Positions 1 to 14,589 of a DNA stretch of 64,000 nucleotides are shown here, one piece after another. This stretch comes from Bigelowiella natans CCMP2755. Taxonomy: Eukaryota > Protista > Cercozoa. A program made the translations under genes and the position numbers. The notes under the pieces were generated by a model that did not search any database, was not told the origin of the DNA, and saw nothing but the letters and a program-made list of their open reading frames with translations. Each line of letters starts with the position of its first letter. The stretch's first letter is position 1. Location: the NCBI GenBank assembly GCA_000320545.1, contig ADNK01001725.1:1-64000 (forward strand), given 5' to 3'.

Positions 1-52
1 CCCCCCTCTCTCTCCCTTTTTTTTTTTTTTGTAATATTATATATTTATATAC

Positions 53-86
<34 letters not shown>

Positions 87-272
87 AATATGTGTGTGTG
101 TATGCATGTGTGGTGCGTGCTTCATGGATGTGTGAAAAGCAATGATAGTATCTATCCCTGCTGCGAACGAGGGAGTGGTGTCTACGGACGTCAAAACAAA
201 ATGCATCGTTGCAAAAGAAAAACACCGCCGCACTGAATACATTGCACTCTTTTCACGTCTGAAGATTATTAC

Positions 273-356
273 CACTCCTGGATTTCCAGCAAACAGATCG
301 GTTTTATCTGAAGACAAAATATTATATCAAAATAAAATATATGTATTATATATATA

Positions 357-401
<45 letters not shown>

Positions 402-760
402 ATTTATATAATACATTGTTTCAGTGGCCAACGCAACACCGCGAAAGACAGAATGGCCTTCCAAAAGGCATGTGAAATACATGGGAAGTGTCTATCTCAG
501 TGAGATTTATTCTCACCATTGACCAGGTCGATCCGACGAATTACTGCATTTGTTGCATCGGTGACGTACAAGAACGCCAGATTCTGCTGACACGTGCATT
601 TTATATGACGAAGTCAGTATATATGCACAGCTTGTAGTTTGAATTCAGTATTACATGTATTGGGAGGGGGATTAGAAGGGAGGAGCAATAAATGGCTTTG
701 TCATGTTCATCGTGCAGATTATAGAAGAAAAATACTGTTGATCTGAAAACTCTAAAGCCG

Positions 761-795
<35 letters not shown>

Positions 796-1105
796 CTTGT
801 TGTTGTTCTTGTCGTTTGTTGTTCTTGTTGTTGTCATCATACTCCGGATGAGTGGAAAACGATGTCTGAGGAATAATATCAACGCCTTGGTTCAGCTTAA
901 TGTCACGCTACATGTCGTGTTGATGGATTGCTCTTGGTGTCTGTGTTCGGTGAATTCTTCTTCTTCTTCTTCTTCTTCTTCTTCTTCTTCTTCTTCAATG
1001 TGTGGCGGGTTTATTTAATTTTTCCTCCAACAGCCAACCTGTGGGGCCATTCCATTTTGAAGAGGACACAGGCCCATCCTTCATTATTCGAGGAGAGGAG
1101 AATCA

Positions 1106-1201
<96 letters not shown>

Positions 1202-1643
1202 ATATTTATTGTGTGTTGTTTTGGTTTGCGCTGGGACGGAGGAGGGGAGGGTGAGGTATCGAAGGTAGCAAACCCAGAGGGGGGAAAGACAGAGTGTAAA
1301 ATTTTCATTAGAGTTCAGCGCTACTACCTGAATTCCAATACCACCGTTGCTGATCGTCGCCACCTAAGGATTAGTCGCAGTTGTTGTTTATCACCGGAGA
1401 AAAAATACCACATTTAGTTCATTGATGCATGCATCGTCGGGTGTGAAAAGAGGTGGAATTGCCGGCAGATGCGGACACCGCAGCAACGATGCCTTCGGTT
1501 GGCTTTTTATTGAAGCATTTTGCTTTTGATACTCTACATCTGTTGGCGGCGCTCCTTACCGTCTGAGTTGATAGACGCAGCATCCGTATGCAGTTGTTTC
1601 CCTTTCGTATTGGAGGATCAGAAGAGTCAATATAATCAGTACT

Positions 1644-1692
<49 letters not shown>

Positions 1693-2198
1693 TAATGCCT
1701 CCTTCCTCATATTTGCATGTTCTTTTGGATTGTAAGTACACTTAAATAGCCGACGTCTCAGTCATACGACGTGGCTAGCAAAAGAAGTCACCGCACAACT
1801 TATAGAATACGAGTTATCAGCGGCTCTATGATCTGCTGCTTAAACTCTCGTCTTAACAAAAGACTGTCGGTTGGCTACTGTGTCAGCAATGTAGAGTATA
1901 TCTCCAGTGAAAGCGATCCCAGAGGGACTGCTGAATTGTGCAGTGATTCCTAGTCCTGTAGATTGCCCAATCAAAATTTATGTCTGCGATCGACTTTTAA
2001 AACAAATAAGTTTTATCTGGATTCTCCATCCACCCTATCCCTCAATCAATCGTCCATCAATCAATTTTGCTTCTTTTTTCTACTACCATCTTTGTGCGAC
2101 TGCACGCTATTCCCCGCCAGGGTGACGACTTCAAAGGACCCCAAGGTCATTCGTCGTATAGCGTGATTGTCCTGTTTCAGCATGGTAAATGAGTTTGT

Positions 2199-2233
<35 letters not shown>

Positions 2234-2466
2234 GCTGGAACATCGAAACGTGATCGTATATGCGAAACTTTTCTCCACATATTCTCGTCCGTGCGTGTAC
2301 ACGTAGTGTTTACCGCGTCGGCGATGTAGAAACACGATAAAAGGGGGTCGTATACAATGTCTCTCTACAAATATATGCAGCCAAATACACATTCAAAAAC
2401 ATAATCAGTCGCCACCACGTAAATGAGTAGACAAACAGAAGAAAAAGAAAGAAGGTGCGTGAATGT

Positions 2467-2501
<35 letters not shown>

Positions 2502-2863
2502 CGGGGAGGGGAGACACCGGGGAATTAAACTCGGCTGCAACGCCCATCCCGTCCTTCCATGTAGCTGATGTCTACAAATTTGGTTTCATCAACGCTTTAC
2601 AACGATGCATAGCATCATCCATTAAATCTCAAAAATCAAATTGAAAAGGCCGATGGTAATCATCCTTAAACGTGCATTTTTGAGTTCATTAGCGAGTACA
2701 TATCGATATATTTCTCGCCACACACAACAAAACAGAAAGTTCTGCGGGTATTGCGGTAAATTTTTCCTACCCTCTTTCCAGCGACGATATCGGTGGTATA
2801 TGAACTCGTAGTCACGCCCTCTTGGAGCCTCATGATTCTATTCAGATCCTACAGCATATTAAA

Positions 2864-2898
<35 letters not shown>

Positions 2899-2952
2899 AT
2901 ACATAACCTAACCTTTCCCCCCCTCTTCAAACATCCAACCACACACACACCC

Positions 2953-2984
<32 letters not shown>

Positions 2985-3700
2985 ATAATTTAGACATGAT
3001 ATGCGTTGAATATATTCCTCATGATACAACTTGATCTTATTTTGGTAGAGTAATTGCTACTACTATTACGACTTCTACTTACTACCGTAGTCACATAAAG
3101 ATCTCCTGTCTCGAAATGGATAGCGATATTAACTGCTCCCTCAATCCTAATTTAATTAAGAATCGTTCTTCGCTTTAAAAGCAAAGCGGAATCTTTGCGC
3201 TGAGCCATTTATTTGCTAGATTAGAGAATAGGTATAGAGGGAAAGAAAATTGAATGGAGATGACTTTACCCTTCATAAATGCTGGTTGCTTTGGTAGAGC
3301 TGGACTCTAGAACAACTGCCGCACGTAATCAAAGTCGAGTAAATGACACGGATTCTTTACAATTAACAACTTTCTAACCCAGAATTCACCAGTTGGAATA
3401 TTTCTTTAGTCTCTATATTATGAGAGATATCATTGTCTTGGAGGATGGTCGATGGGAATGGTGTCGTTACACACGAACGCACACACACACATACAAAAAC
3501 TCACGCACACACGAGACAATACATCACGTACATATTTCAAAGATCTAATTCAGCTTTGGTTGGCACGATTGTACGATCATTCTGCTGAAAACTCAGTGAA
3601 GACATGGGTCTTAAGCCTTACCTGTGGAGTTTGCATCTTGGGGTAGCATGAATAGGAGGCAGAATACCCATAAGCTCCTAGCCACAGCTAACAGTCCCAT
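273..3700 (-). CDS. Secreted NHL-repeat (beta-propeller) protein, multi-exon; 3' end probably continues beyond the left edge
   Basis: Manual splicing of small GT-AG exons. Signal peptide MGLLAVARSLWVFCLLFMLPQDANST (ATG 3700), then ...DGMGVAAEFNSP|RDIVYDPLLSCFYIADA|DNHAIRRMTLGSFEVVTLAG...DG|LGITAQFSSPSGIAFTGDILYIADT|GNNCIRMLRLSTQT|VATISNGGIGIQ|DGPVSSSKWNGPT...FLYVTDATNAVIRRIDLVN|DKTDLFAGNPGV. This matches the NHL consensus F-x-x-P-x-G-I-A...Y-I-A-D-x-x-N-x-x-I-R. One junction near 700-900 is not fully resolved. Confidence 0.85.
1106..1194. repeat. Compound (CA)n(TA)n(TG)n microsatellite in an intron, quasi-palindromic
   Basis: Seen directly. It is one of many intronic SSRs, e.g. (TTG)n ~761-810, (TTC)n ~955-996, (GA)n ~2471-2499, (CAT)n ~37970-38020, (TA)n ~28810-28841. 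Confidence 0.95.
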
Positions 3701-4557
3701 CCCCCTGCTAGTCTCTTTTAATTGTCAAATTTCGTGGAAAGAACTCCCCACAACCCAGCCAAATGCAGTATCGCTGTGCAGCTCGACGGCTGGCCGCAAA
3801 TATTGACGCTTTCCGGACGATGGCTGCACAGGAAAATCATATTTGAATGATGCAGAGACAAAGGCAGAGGATATATCATCATGCGAATTCGTGGATCACC
3901 TAAAATCCACGCGCATATTCTTCACACAGCATTGCTATCTACCCCACCCCTATCCTTTACTGTACATCAAACTGCACCTCTCTCTCCTGTAAGCAACCCG
4001 CACGAGTCTGCGGAGGGCAGGTCGCCCGTGTTTCTAAAAAAAGTTGTTCGTAACTGACCGGAGTGCAACTGGACATGCTGTTTTTTACATGCGACATTAG
4101 TCAGAAGACAGCAATGATTTATCCACACAAAAGCGCCATTTCGAGAGAATTCATTTCTTTCTTGCCTATGCGACAATGAAGAGGATACAAAAGAAAAGAT
4201 TTTCGGCCTTTAATATCCAACACAAATTTGCTTTTAGCGCCTAGGAATTAATTATTGTCGCAATCCTTATGTGTGTATAGAATTCTTCGTATATCACGGT
4301 CCTAATTTCGCCTAAAAAAAGAGCTCCATAAATAGACTTTTACCCGGAGCCGCGGAGCCCAGATATTCATAATCCCACGCAACATTTTTGGTCCTGCGAC
4401 AAGGCTAAATGAAGTCGCTAATACAAAACATCCTCGTAGAACGAAGGTTGTGACCTGCACGGAATTGAGTGCGGCAGTCATGGGGGCAGCACGAAGGGTG
4501 ATGTGAACTCTGTTCGTGAAGGGGCGGGACTCTCGTGGTGTCATCTGATCCTGCTAT

Positions 4558-5700
4558 GAGAGATGCATCAGAAGGAGAGAAGCCACGTTTGATTCCGTGC
4601 CGCTGGATTGTGTGTCATTGATGTCCAAGTCATGAACTTCATGCAAAGTTCTCCTTTGTCAAGTTCGCACCTTTTGTGGAGATTGTTTTCATGCATCATC
4701 ACATCACAGACGCAGTGTGATGCTGTGCACATAACACATGACATTGCACAGTGACATCGAGTCTCCATGAATGAATGTGTGCGTAATTTCAATCATGGAC
4801 GCAGTGCAAAACAAAGCTGCACGCCGCACTTGTGCACGTTGAACAATGCAGGAATGGCTCGCTGTTCAATGATTTCACACGTTGTGCCCGTTCGCCATTG
4901 ATCAAGGCAATTGTGGTTGCTCCGATTCTCTCGACGAAAGCGTAGACCATGCTTGTGTGGTGCGCTCAAGCGCTTGATTTGCACATGCTAGCATGATGTC
5001 TAGATGAGTCCATCTAGACAGCAATGTGACACATGTGACACGCAGTGTGCAACACATTGCTAGATTACAATAGTGATTGCATGTCCATCACAAGTAGCAG
5101 TAGCAATGTGACACAATGTTGCATGTCTATCATTACATATGACATGCATGTGAACAGAACATGTTGCATGTCCATCATGCACTACGGCTGTTTTCTTGCT
5201 GCTACGCATGCACACATTCGGTCATCATGTGCAACAAAGAGGACCGCGCGACATCGATCAGCTACATCTCAATTGATCGCCACATTTTCCTTGTGTTCGA
5301 TCGTACCTACGCGTCTCTAGAACAACACAATGCTTGCATGTGCGCTTTCTAGCTTTCGATCTGGGTGGACATAGATGCTTGCTAGCTTGTGTCTCTATCA
5401 AAACGCATTTGCTACCCACACACACATGGCATTGCGCATCATGCTCAATGCGCGCAAGCCGTTGAAGCTAGCTAGTCAGCGCATCACAAAACGAGCATGT
5501 TACCTAATTATAGCACGATGATTTCTTTATATCTTTCTATCGCGCTGCGATCGAGTTGTGATAAACGCATGTACGTATATACACTCAGGTTAAGCACAAC
5601 ACTAGTAATCGTTGCATGGATCACATTAGGATGGCTCGATTCTATATGTGACCACATCTAGACATTGTTGAGACAAAATTTTACAACTATCTATCAGTTG
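4558..5700. other. TpA-depleted, TG/CA-rich intergenic domain
   Basis: About 6 TA in 4558-5050, 3 of them in CTAG. Partial depletion continues to ~5700, towards the 3' end of the adjacent minus-strand gene. Confidence 0.8.
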
Positions 5701-6004
5701 TATATATGATCGCGTTTCATGATGCTATGCCATGGACAACGAGTCTGATTTGTACACATTTGTGCCCTAAACAATATTGGGTATTTTCATTTTCATCTGC
5801 TATCACTGTTCATTCGGGAAGTCCTACTCCATTCATCGATGACGTTGCTATAACGTATCTTCACCTTAATATTTTATACGCACCTTGACCGTAATCTATT
5901 TTATAGTAAAAGTATATCTTCTATCTCTCCCTCTGACAATTCGTTCGTGTACTGATTAGGGTTTTTTTGGGAGCAGATTCTCTTCTGTAGATGCATGATA
6001 TTGG

Positions 6005-6852
6005 CTATTGGGATGGCACATTTTTCACAACTTGGCTTCCTCCTTGTACGCTTTGCTCTGATGCGGATGAAGTTGGTGTTTTTCCCGACTTTATCGCTGG
6101 CTCTTCTTTGCTCTCAGTTTCGACTTTACCCGTTGCTGTGTTTTTCTTAGTTTTCAAAGTTCCAGTGCTGAATACGATAGTTACCACGCATGCATCCGAG
6201 CATTCAAATAAATTTCTTAACATTACAAAAGCATGGAACTCGAGTTTCAGCATTTCATGATAACGAACCAACCTGTTCTTGTTCTTTTTCGAAGGTAGTT
6301 TAACATCTGCCATGGCATTTGCCAGTACGGAATTGAATTTTCCGTACTTTGATACCCCTCCATACATGCCCCCTGTGTTGACGAAAACCTCCGTGATAAT
6401 CAAACATATCGAGTGAGTAAGATTAAGATTCCCTTACCGGTCATCTGATCCAATGCCGTCACACAACATAAGCAACCCAGCTCGTGCGTCTGCTGCTCTG
6501 CTTCGATAAAATCCCTGCACAGATTTAATAATGTTTGAGAGAATATCAACTGATGGATGTAAAAAATAATCAGGAAAGAGAAGGAGATACGTTTCAAATT
6601 TTGCTGGTGGCATTTCATGTATGAAAAGGAGAAGGTAAATGGTCGTGAACGAATGCACAATGAAGGAAGTGAATCAACCCCGTTGTCATTTGTATCGAAT
6701 AAAGTGGAATTCTGGATGTCAGAAACTCATACCCAAGATTATCGATATCCATCCTGGCCGAAAATCAGACGGTTTTTCCACGAACAGTATTGTTGAAGGA
6801 GTCTGGGAGGTAAGAGCTGTGAGTCTATCTGGGAGCGATCGAGCGGCCATTC
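6005..6852 (-). CDS. Hypothetical protein, multi-exon
   Basis: Protein-like segments in ORFs 6005-6403 and 6400-6660 (QTLLNLCRDFIEAEQQTHELGCLCCVTALDQMT; GGMYGGVSKYGKFNSVLANAMADV), plus a candidate first exon MAARSLPDRLTALTSQ... ending in a GT donor near 6733. No family recognised. Confidence 0.5.
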
Positions 6853-7953
6853 ATTTCTGGGAGTGATTAATAGAAATGCCAATTTCAGAACCACAAAGTT
6901 AAATTCATATGAGCACCCATTTCATATGTTTTGATAGTATAATTATTTGTCGCACATCGCAAACAAGTTCTCTTTGGGAAAATGGCTAGCTCAACGTTAC
7001 GTGGTATTTCCCCCCACACACTTGGATTTGAATATGCGACATCCCAATGATTTTGTCGCAATCTAAATTATTAGGTCCTGTTTTTACTATTTTCGAAAAT
7101 CTATAGATTAATTTTGGAAACAACGATAGCGTTACTATCCATGATCATTATTGGATGAAAAACAAAACGCCGTATTAATTTTTTATCGACTTTAAAATTA
7201 TTCTGACGTTTACTGATAACAGCATCCATTTTTACATAAACTACATTGCAATTTCAGATTTGGTCGTCGTAGTAGTTCCCATTATCATGTAAGCCATGAA
7301 GATGGATTTCCTCGATATCGTTAACTGCGACATCGTTCAGGAAAGGCTTCAAAGTAAAATATGAGGGCATTTGTCTCGACTTTGGCGTAGAGCCACAAGG
7401 CCGACATCAATTACCATTTCCAATTTGTAGACTCAGGAATTGAAACTGACAACAGTGCGAGGATCTAAACCTCGGTGATTGTGATTCTACGTCAACATAT
7501 TTTGTTTTCACTATGTTATTTTTACCATCCTTTTCATCCTTGTCGCTTTCATATTATCTCAAATACTGTATCTTAATTTTTCCATACCTCATCAAGGTTT
7601 GTCCTCCTCCCATTCACTCCTCCATTTAAATCGTCTCACAAAAGAGTGTGTAACCTGTATACACAGCAACAATGAATAAAAAATAGTTAGGTCATTTATG
7701 TAAGAAGTTGATATTAAGAAGGAAGTACGTTGCAGTGAGTTGAAACCGGGAACGAGTACTAAAAGTGTTCCATCGCATTTGCATTCGTTTCTATGTCACG
7801 CATAAAATTACAACAATACGAACTATACTTCAGGCGCGACTCTTCACCCTAAATTGTAGAGGCTTGGTCATCTGCTCTGAAGAGGGAAAGGGAGCTGGTC
7901 GAATCTACAGACCCGTCTAGGCGAGGATTAAAAGGAGTCGCTGGACTGACAAA

Positions 7954-10900
7954 ATGTCACCTTCGTCAGCCACTATTTCTATACTACTATCAGTACTGTC
8001 CCTGACCAATGTGGACGCCCTTAGCAACAACCAAGGTAGTGAGGGAGGACCCAAACCAGTGGTGAAGAGACTCTCAAGCGATCCTGGAGTTCCTGAATGC
8101 GGAGCTGATCTAAATTGCGATTTTCGCAAGAATAGACATCTTTGCGCAAAAATTTACTACACCAAGAACAAAGGAGTTACAGGGTAAGGAAAAAAGTTAA
8201 GATATTTCTAAAAGAAAAAACGAACGGGAGTGTTGAACATTAGAAGAATCCAACGTAGTACATTATCGTGGGGGGCACTAGAAAAGAAGAATATCTAATG
8301 GTGAGGTATTTGTTAATATTCATCAGATTACCTAAAGATTTTTGGGAGGCTACCGAGCAACCAGATAGATACCACGTCTGGGCACAACGCTCTTCGTTCA
8401 AGACGTAGGGAACCTTTTTTTTTGTTGTTTCCTACACCTAAAATTCAGAGCAGAGGTGTAATTTCACGCTCCCATTTTTTAGGAACGCATCGTGGTGTAT
8501 CTCTCTTGAAGAAGCCTACGAGTACTCTTGCCAAGGTATATCCTGCTGTTGAAGAAGAATAAGACGCGTCTGTGATGCATTCCATACAAGATTCTCATCG
8601 ATACTGCTCGGTTTAGGAAACGTGGTAGATCGGCCGTGCGACTGCGACTTTTACGATTGCGTGGGAACAGACCTATGTGATTTCATGAAGTACGACATGA
8701 ACAACGAGGTAAAGTTGGATATAATAATCGGCCTAGACTACTCCTTCAATTTGTATGGTACCACGTTGTGTCTCATGCGTCTACATTTCTACATCAGGCA
8801 AAGCCTTGGGACAACACGTACGTTCAGGATTGCTACCGTAGCTGCTGCGACGTTTCCAAATGTAAAGGTGGTGGAGGAAAATCAAAGAAACCACTCATGC
8901 CCGAACCTGGGGCACCGAAACCTCCAAAGGAAGGCCCAAAAGAGGGTCCGAAGGAGAAACAGCCGGTACCAGATACAGCGTCGAAGACTAGCTATCCTAC
9001 CGCATATCCTTCCCCAAAGCCAACGCCAAAGCCAACATTGAATCCTACTTTGAAGCCGACGCCCCGTCCAACACCTAAACCTACATTAAAACCAACACTG
9101 AAGCCGACTGAAGCTCCTACCAACAAGCCAACTAGTGATCCAACGCCTGAGCCAACACCAATGCCAAGCCCCCATCCAACACCCCCCACACCCCTCCCTA
9201 CACCAGCTCCAACTTCACCACCTACCCACACCAGGGCCAAGGTCCTTGACATCACGAAGGGGAAGAATATGAAGTGTGAGCGGAACAGGCACGTCGGTAA
9301 AGTCGACACCGTACAGGAATACAAGATCTCCTTCGATATTACACCCAGTGGCGTGGTGCATTCTTGGAGTAATATCTTCCACTTCATTAAGGATGGAGCT
9401 GACGGTATCCATGCTGGTAAGGGGTCAAGGCTTCCAGCCCTGTTCTTCTACCCTGGCTCTACCCGCCTGCACTTCCGCAGCGAGACGTCCAAGGACAAGA
9501 ACGCAGGTTGTGACCCAAAAGAGGCACTAATTCGCGGTGTTAACTATCACGTTGAGCTTATCGCGGTGCAAGGTGTGAAGCACTCTCGCTTCATTGTACG
9601 CCTAAACGGCTTTACCAAGTGCCACATTGTAAATGAGGCAACTTTGGCGAAGGGTGAAGACAACGTGCACCTCTACCTCTCCGACCCATGGTATCCTGCA
9701 GCCAAGGCGATGGTCAAGAACTTCAAGTATGAGAAGCTGCCTATCCTGAAGCCCAATGTGAATCTCCTGGCGAAGATGAAGACGCCTATGAATCTGCACG
9801 ACGGTACGATTTTGGGTAAGTTTGAGCAGGGCAGTATCAACTTCGACTTACGAATCAAGATCAAGCCTACAGGAACCGTGGGCACATGGGCGAATATCGT
9901 GCACATGACAGACGATGTTGATATTAACTGGGGAAACCGAAAGAAGACACCACCGCCCATCGGGGCAAGGATTCCTGCAGTTTGGTTCTACCCAGGTACC
10001 ACGCGCCTCCACTTCCGCATGAGTGACGTTCAGGACGCTAATAATGGCTGCGACCCTCTTAACCCATTGGAAATCGGTAAGGAGTACGACATCGTGTTCA
10101 CGTGCTCGGCTTTCTACACTAGTGTCAAAATAAATGGCAAGCAAGTGTGCTACTCCCGTTTTGAGGCTGTTCCTGTTGCCGGTGTGTCGAAGCAAGTGTG
10201 GCTTTCCAACGCGTGGTACGCGGCCGCGAAAGCTGAAGTGAGCAGCCTTGTTTACACTCCACACACGAAAGAAATTGTTGACGATGCAGGCAAGCCTCTT
10301 ATGTTCGATACTGACCTTCTTGCTGGCAAGGATTTGAGTCCGCAGATGTCGTACCTTGGTGAAATTGACACGCTGACTCAGTACAAAGTATCTCTCGAGC
10401 TAATGATTCATGGAACCCAACCTGGCTGGACCAATATCTTCCACTTCACCAAGGGAAAGAACACCAAAAATGGAGGGCGAATCCCAGCTCTGTGGTTGTA
10501 CCCAGGAAGCACACGCCTCCACTTCCGCGCTGCTACGACGAAGGATAATAATGCCGGTTGCGATCCAATGGACAACTTAGTCATCGGCAAGAAGTACAAG
10601 CTCGAGTTCCTGGCACTCAAAGGGCCGCAGGCGATTTTCATCGTCAAAATTGACGGCGAACAGAAGTGCCTCCACCAGCCTGCTGGCAAGCTCTACCCCG
10701 CTTCAAAGGGAGTCCAGGTGTGGGCTGGAGATAAATGGTACCCAGGTGCTAATGTCACCATGAGCAAACTCGTATATTCGGCGATCCCACAGCTCGCTCA
10801 CGGAGTTGACCTCCTAGCATCTGTAAAAGATCCTAAACTCGCAAAGCAGGGTACTTTCCTTGGAGATATTCCTACTTCAAAATCGTACAAGCTCTCTTTC

Positions 10901-13900
10901 AACTTCCGACCTAAGGGAACTACACCTAGCTGGGGCTCCATTGTTCACCTGACTGCTGGCGGTGACGCAGCCAAGAACAACGGACGAGTCCCTGGAGTTT
11001 GGATGTACGGTAATTCGCTCAAAATGCACGTTCGTGTAGAGACCTCCGCCGGAAATGAAGGCTGTGACCCGTCTGAGCCTCTTACCTTGAACAAGAACCA
11101 CAGGATCGAGGTGATCGTTGTCGCGGATAAGAACGAGAATGCAATTGCTGTAAACATCGACGGGAAATCCGCATGTTACTACCGCCTTGCAGGATCTGTA
11201 CCTGTCAAATCCTCAAACGTGCACGTGTATGCTCCAGACCCGTGGTATTCGCCAGCTAACGGTGTTGTGACCAAGCTAGCCTACGAGGAATTCAAGGGAA
11301 AGCTGCACACCGAACTCTCTCCTGGACTTGACCTGCTTGGAGGCTCCGTATTTAAGCCAGCCAAGGGACGCATGTTGGGCAAGATCGATACTACTTCCGA
11401 ATACAAGTTGTCGTTTGATTTGGTGGCCAAAGGTACCACGGCAAGCTGGGGCTCCATCCTCCACTTCACCACCGGAAAAGACAGCAGTCGCATTCCTGGC
11501 CTTTGGTTCTATCCCAAGACCCTGCAGCTCCACTGGCGTACAGCAGTATTCAGCGATTCCAACCATGGCTGCGACCCTGATCCAAAGGCTATTCAGATCG
11601 GCAAGAAGCACCACATCGATCTCATCGCTGTGAAGGCTGGGGAGGGCAACTCGCACCTGATCATGGAAATCGATGGAAAACAGGAGTGTTACGTCGAGAC
11701 CAAATCGGATCTGCACGGGGGCGTCAAGAACGCACAAGTGTGGGTCTCGGATCCTTGGTACGATGCCGCTGAAGCGGAGATTTCCAACCTGATCTACCGC
11801 CCCATCCCCAAATTGAACTACGAAAAGGAGCTGCTGGGAAGCAAACAGCTTGTTCTCAGGCGCGGTAACCTCCTCGGCAAGATCGACACGTTCAGGGACT
11901 TCAGGATGAGCTTTGAGATCACTGTTGCAGGCGTGACAAAGGGCACGTGGACATCCATCGTGCACATGACCACCGGCCATAACATTGGCAAGAAATCCTC
12001 GCGTATTCCAGGGTTCTGGCTGTGGCCGGGGTCCTCTCGCCTGCACTTCCGCACCTCCACCTTCGGTAATCACAACGACGGTTGCGATCCAGCTGTTCCC
12101 CTGACGCTGGGGGCCAAGCACTTCATTGAAGTCAACACCGTATCCCAGGATGCTGAGACCATTTTTGAGGTCAAGGTCGACGGCAAGCATGGCTGCTATG
12201 CACGCTCCTCTAGCTCATCTCAGGATGCTGTTGCTGGCGTGCAGGTGTGGGCTGCAGATCCGTGGTACCCTGCAGCAAAGGCGACCATCGGTAACCTTCA
12301 GTACGGGCCAGCCACGGCCAAATTCAAGAAGATGCCTACTCTGAACTACGGGCGTGACATGCTCGACGGTAAGGCAATGCTGGTGGGTAAGGGCACATTG
12401 TTGGGAAAGATTGAGACAAAGACCGAGTACACACTTTCGTTCGACGTCACCCCTCACTCCACGCACCCGATGTGGAATGGAATCGTCAAGTTCATGAGCA
12501 GTAAAGGAGATCACAAGGCGTACGGTCGTAACCCTGGCATCTGGTTCTTCCCAGGGAGCACACGCCTGCATCTTCGCTCCGGCACGGATAAGAACTGGAA
12601 CGAAGGCTGCGATCCCACTGATATGCTAACCTTGAACAAGAAGTACTCGATCTCCTTCACGGTATTGCAGGGTAGCACTGACGCCTACTTCATCACCAAA
12701 ATCAACGGCAAGCAAAAATGCTTCCATAAGTCCCCGGGCGCAAAACTGCTCGCAGGGAAGCCTGGTATGAGCGTCTATGCGTCCTCCTCTGACTACGATG
12801 CTGCCATCGCAACGATTGAAAAGCTGGTATACACCGCACCGCCGATGCTGGCATCCGGATCCGACCTGCTCGGCGGCAAAACGATGACACTTGAAAAGGG
12901 AACGCTTCTTGGCAGAATCAAAACCTTTGAAGCTTACAAGCTCAGCTTTGAGATCACGCCAACCGGGGTCCAGGAGCACTGGTCTTCGATCGTGCATATG
13001 ACGAAGAACGACAACGCGGCCAAGGCCGGAGATCGAATCCCAGCTATCTGGTTCTATCCCGGCTCCACCCGCCTCCACTTGCGCACCGCAACATCGGTCG
13101 GCGGCGCCAATGACGGTTGTGACCCCTCGATCAATCTGCAGTTGAACAAGAAGGTGAAAGTGGAAATGATCGTCTCTCCGGGTGCATCAATCTCGGTGAA
13201 AATCCAGGGTAAGGAGGTTTGCTACAAACGCCTTCCTGTGCACGCTCTTCACCCTGCTGAAAAGTCCGTGATGGTCTACGCCGCAGATCCGTGGTACGCG
13301 CCTGCTAAAGCAGAGATCTCGAAGCTGGTGTACTCGAGAGTCAAACAAGTCGACGGGGCCAAGCCGCTCGTGGTTGGCAAGGACTTCTTGCAGGGCAAGG
13401 TAACGAAGCCAGCACAGGGCGCGGAGCTTGGCCACTTCACCTCTTTGAACGAATACGTCGTCAGCTTTGATGTGAATCCCTCCGGTGTGATCAACGGCGC
13501 GTGGAGCAGTCTCTTCAACATTGCTGAGCTCGGAAGGAAAGACGGACAGCCCTTGTCGCGCATCCCCGGCGTGTGGTTCTACCCGTCCTCCACTCGCTTA
13601 CACTGGCGCACCTCGCTTGATACAGACTACAACGCAGGCTGCGACCCATCCGATGTGCTTTCGGCCGGCCGTAACTACTCCGTGAAGCTAGTGACAATGC
13701 AGGGTAGGACTCCGCGCATGATGGCCTTCCTGGACGGCGACATGAAGTGCATCGTCGAGTCGGCACGCGGAAACCTAGCCACCGCCTCGAAAGCGGCGCA
13801 TGTTTACGCAGGACACCCCAACTACCAGGGCGCTAATGCTGAGATCTCACGCCTGACCTACAATCCACTTCCTGCTCTTCAGGCAGACAACAACTTGCTC

Positions 13901-14377
13901 GGGCCTAAAGCTGGAGAGGTGAGGCTCAAGAAAGGCAACTTCCTGGGCGTGATCTCCACCAGCACCTCGTACAAACTGAGCTTTGAGCTTACGCTGTTTG
14001 GCCGTGTGTCCTCCTGGGGGAGCGTCCTCCACTTTTCTGCGGACTCCAACATTGCCAGCGAGCACGACCGTATCCCTGGGATCTGGACTTTCCCAGGCGA
14101 CACTCGGCTCCATTTCCGCAGTGCGACAAGCGGTAACTACAACGACGGCTGCGACCCTACAATGAAGCTTGAACTAAACAAGAAGTACCGCATCCAGGTC
14201 TCCGCCGACGCGTTGTCGAATACTCTGAGCGTGAAGATCAACCACAAGCAAGTGTGCAGCTCGAAAGCGTCTGGCCTCCTTGCGAAGGGCCATAGCAAGG
14301 TGTTTGTTTGGGCTGCAGATCCGTGGTACGAGCCAGCTAATGGACAAATTGCGCAGGTTTACTACCGGAAGTTTTAA
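7954..14377 (+). CDS. Large secreted protein (~2000 aa): signal peptide, Cys-rich N-domain, Pro/Thr/Lys stalk, ten ~170-aa concanavalin A/LamG-like lectin repeats
   Basis: Exons 7954-8183, 8327-8404, 8483-8535, 8617-8708 and 8798-14377 splice in phase. There are ten copies of W-x-x-I-x-H-F...R-I-P[14 protein letters not shown]...N-x-G-C-D-P...D-P-W-Y-x-x-A. The fold assignment is inferred from the beta-rich, aromatic pattern. Confidence 0.9.
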
Positions 14378-14589
14378 ATAGCATCGCTGTCTAGTACATC
14401 AGTAGCAAAACTTTGCCTAAGACATAAAAACCAATCACCGCTCCTCAAAACGGAAAAGAGGATAATGAAAAACACATAGGGAAATGGTTGAGGGAGGCAC
14501 GACATTGTCGATTGCTTTCCACGTCAAGTGCGGTTCTGTTTCCCCGACGCAATTAGGTTCAACAAGCCTAGAATTATGATTATTTGTAA

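Noticed and set aside
1408-1532. Open reading stretch (EYQKQNAS...NELNV) as an exon of the NHL gene
   Set aside because: Skipping it gives the continuous NHL consensus (YIADT-GNNCIR...VATI), so it is most likely intronic.
8992-14113. Long antisense ORFs inside the lectin-repeat gene (also 50022-50813, 53050-53523, 23827-24219)
   Set aside because: These are shadows of biased codon usage or repeats on the coding strand.
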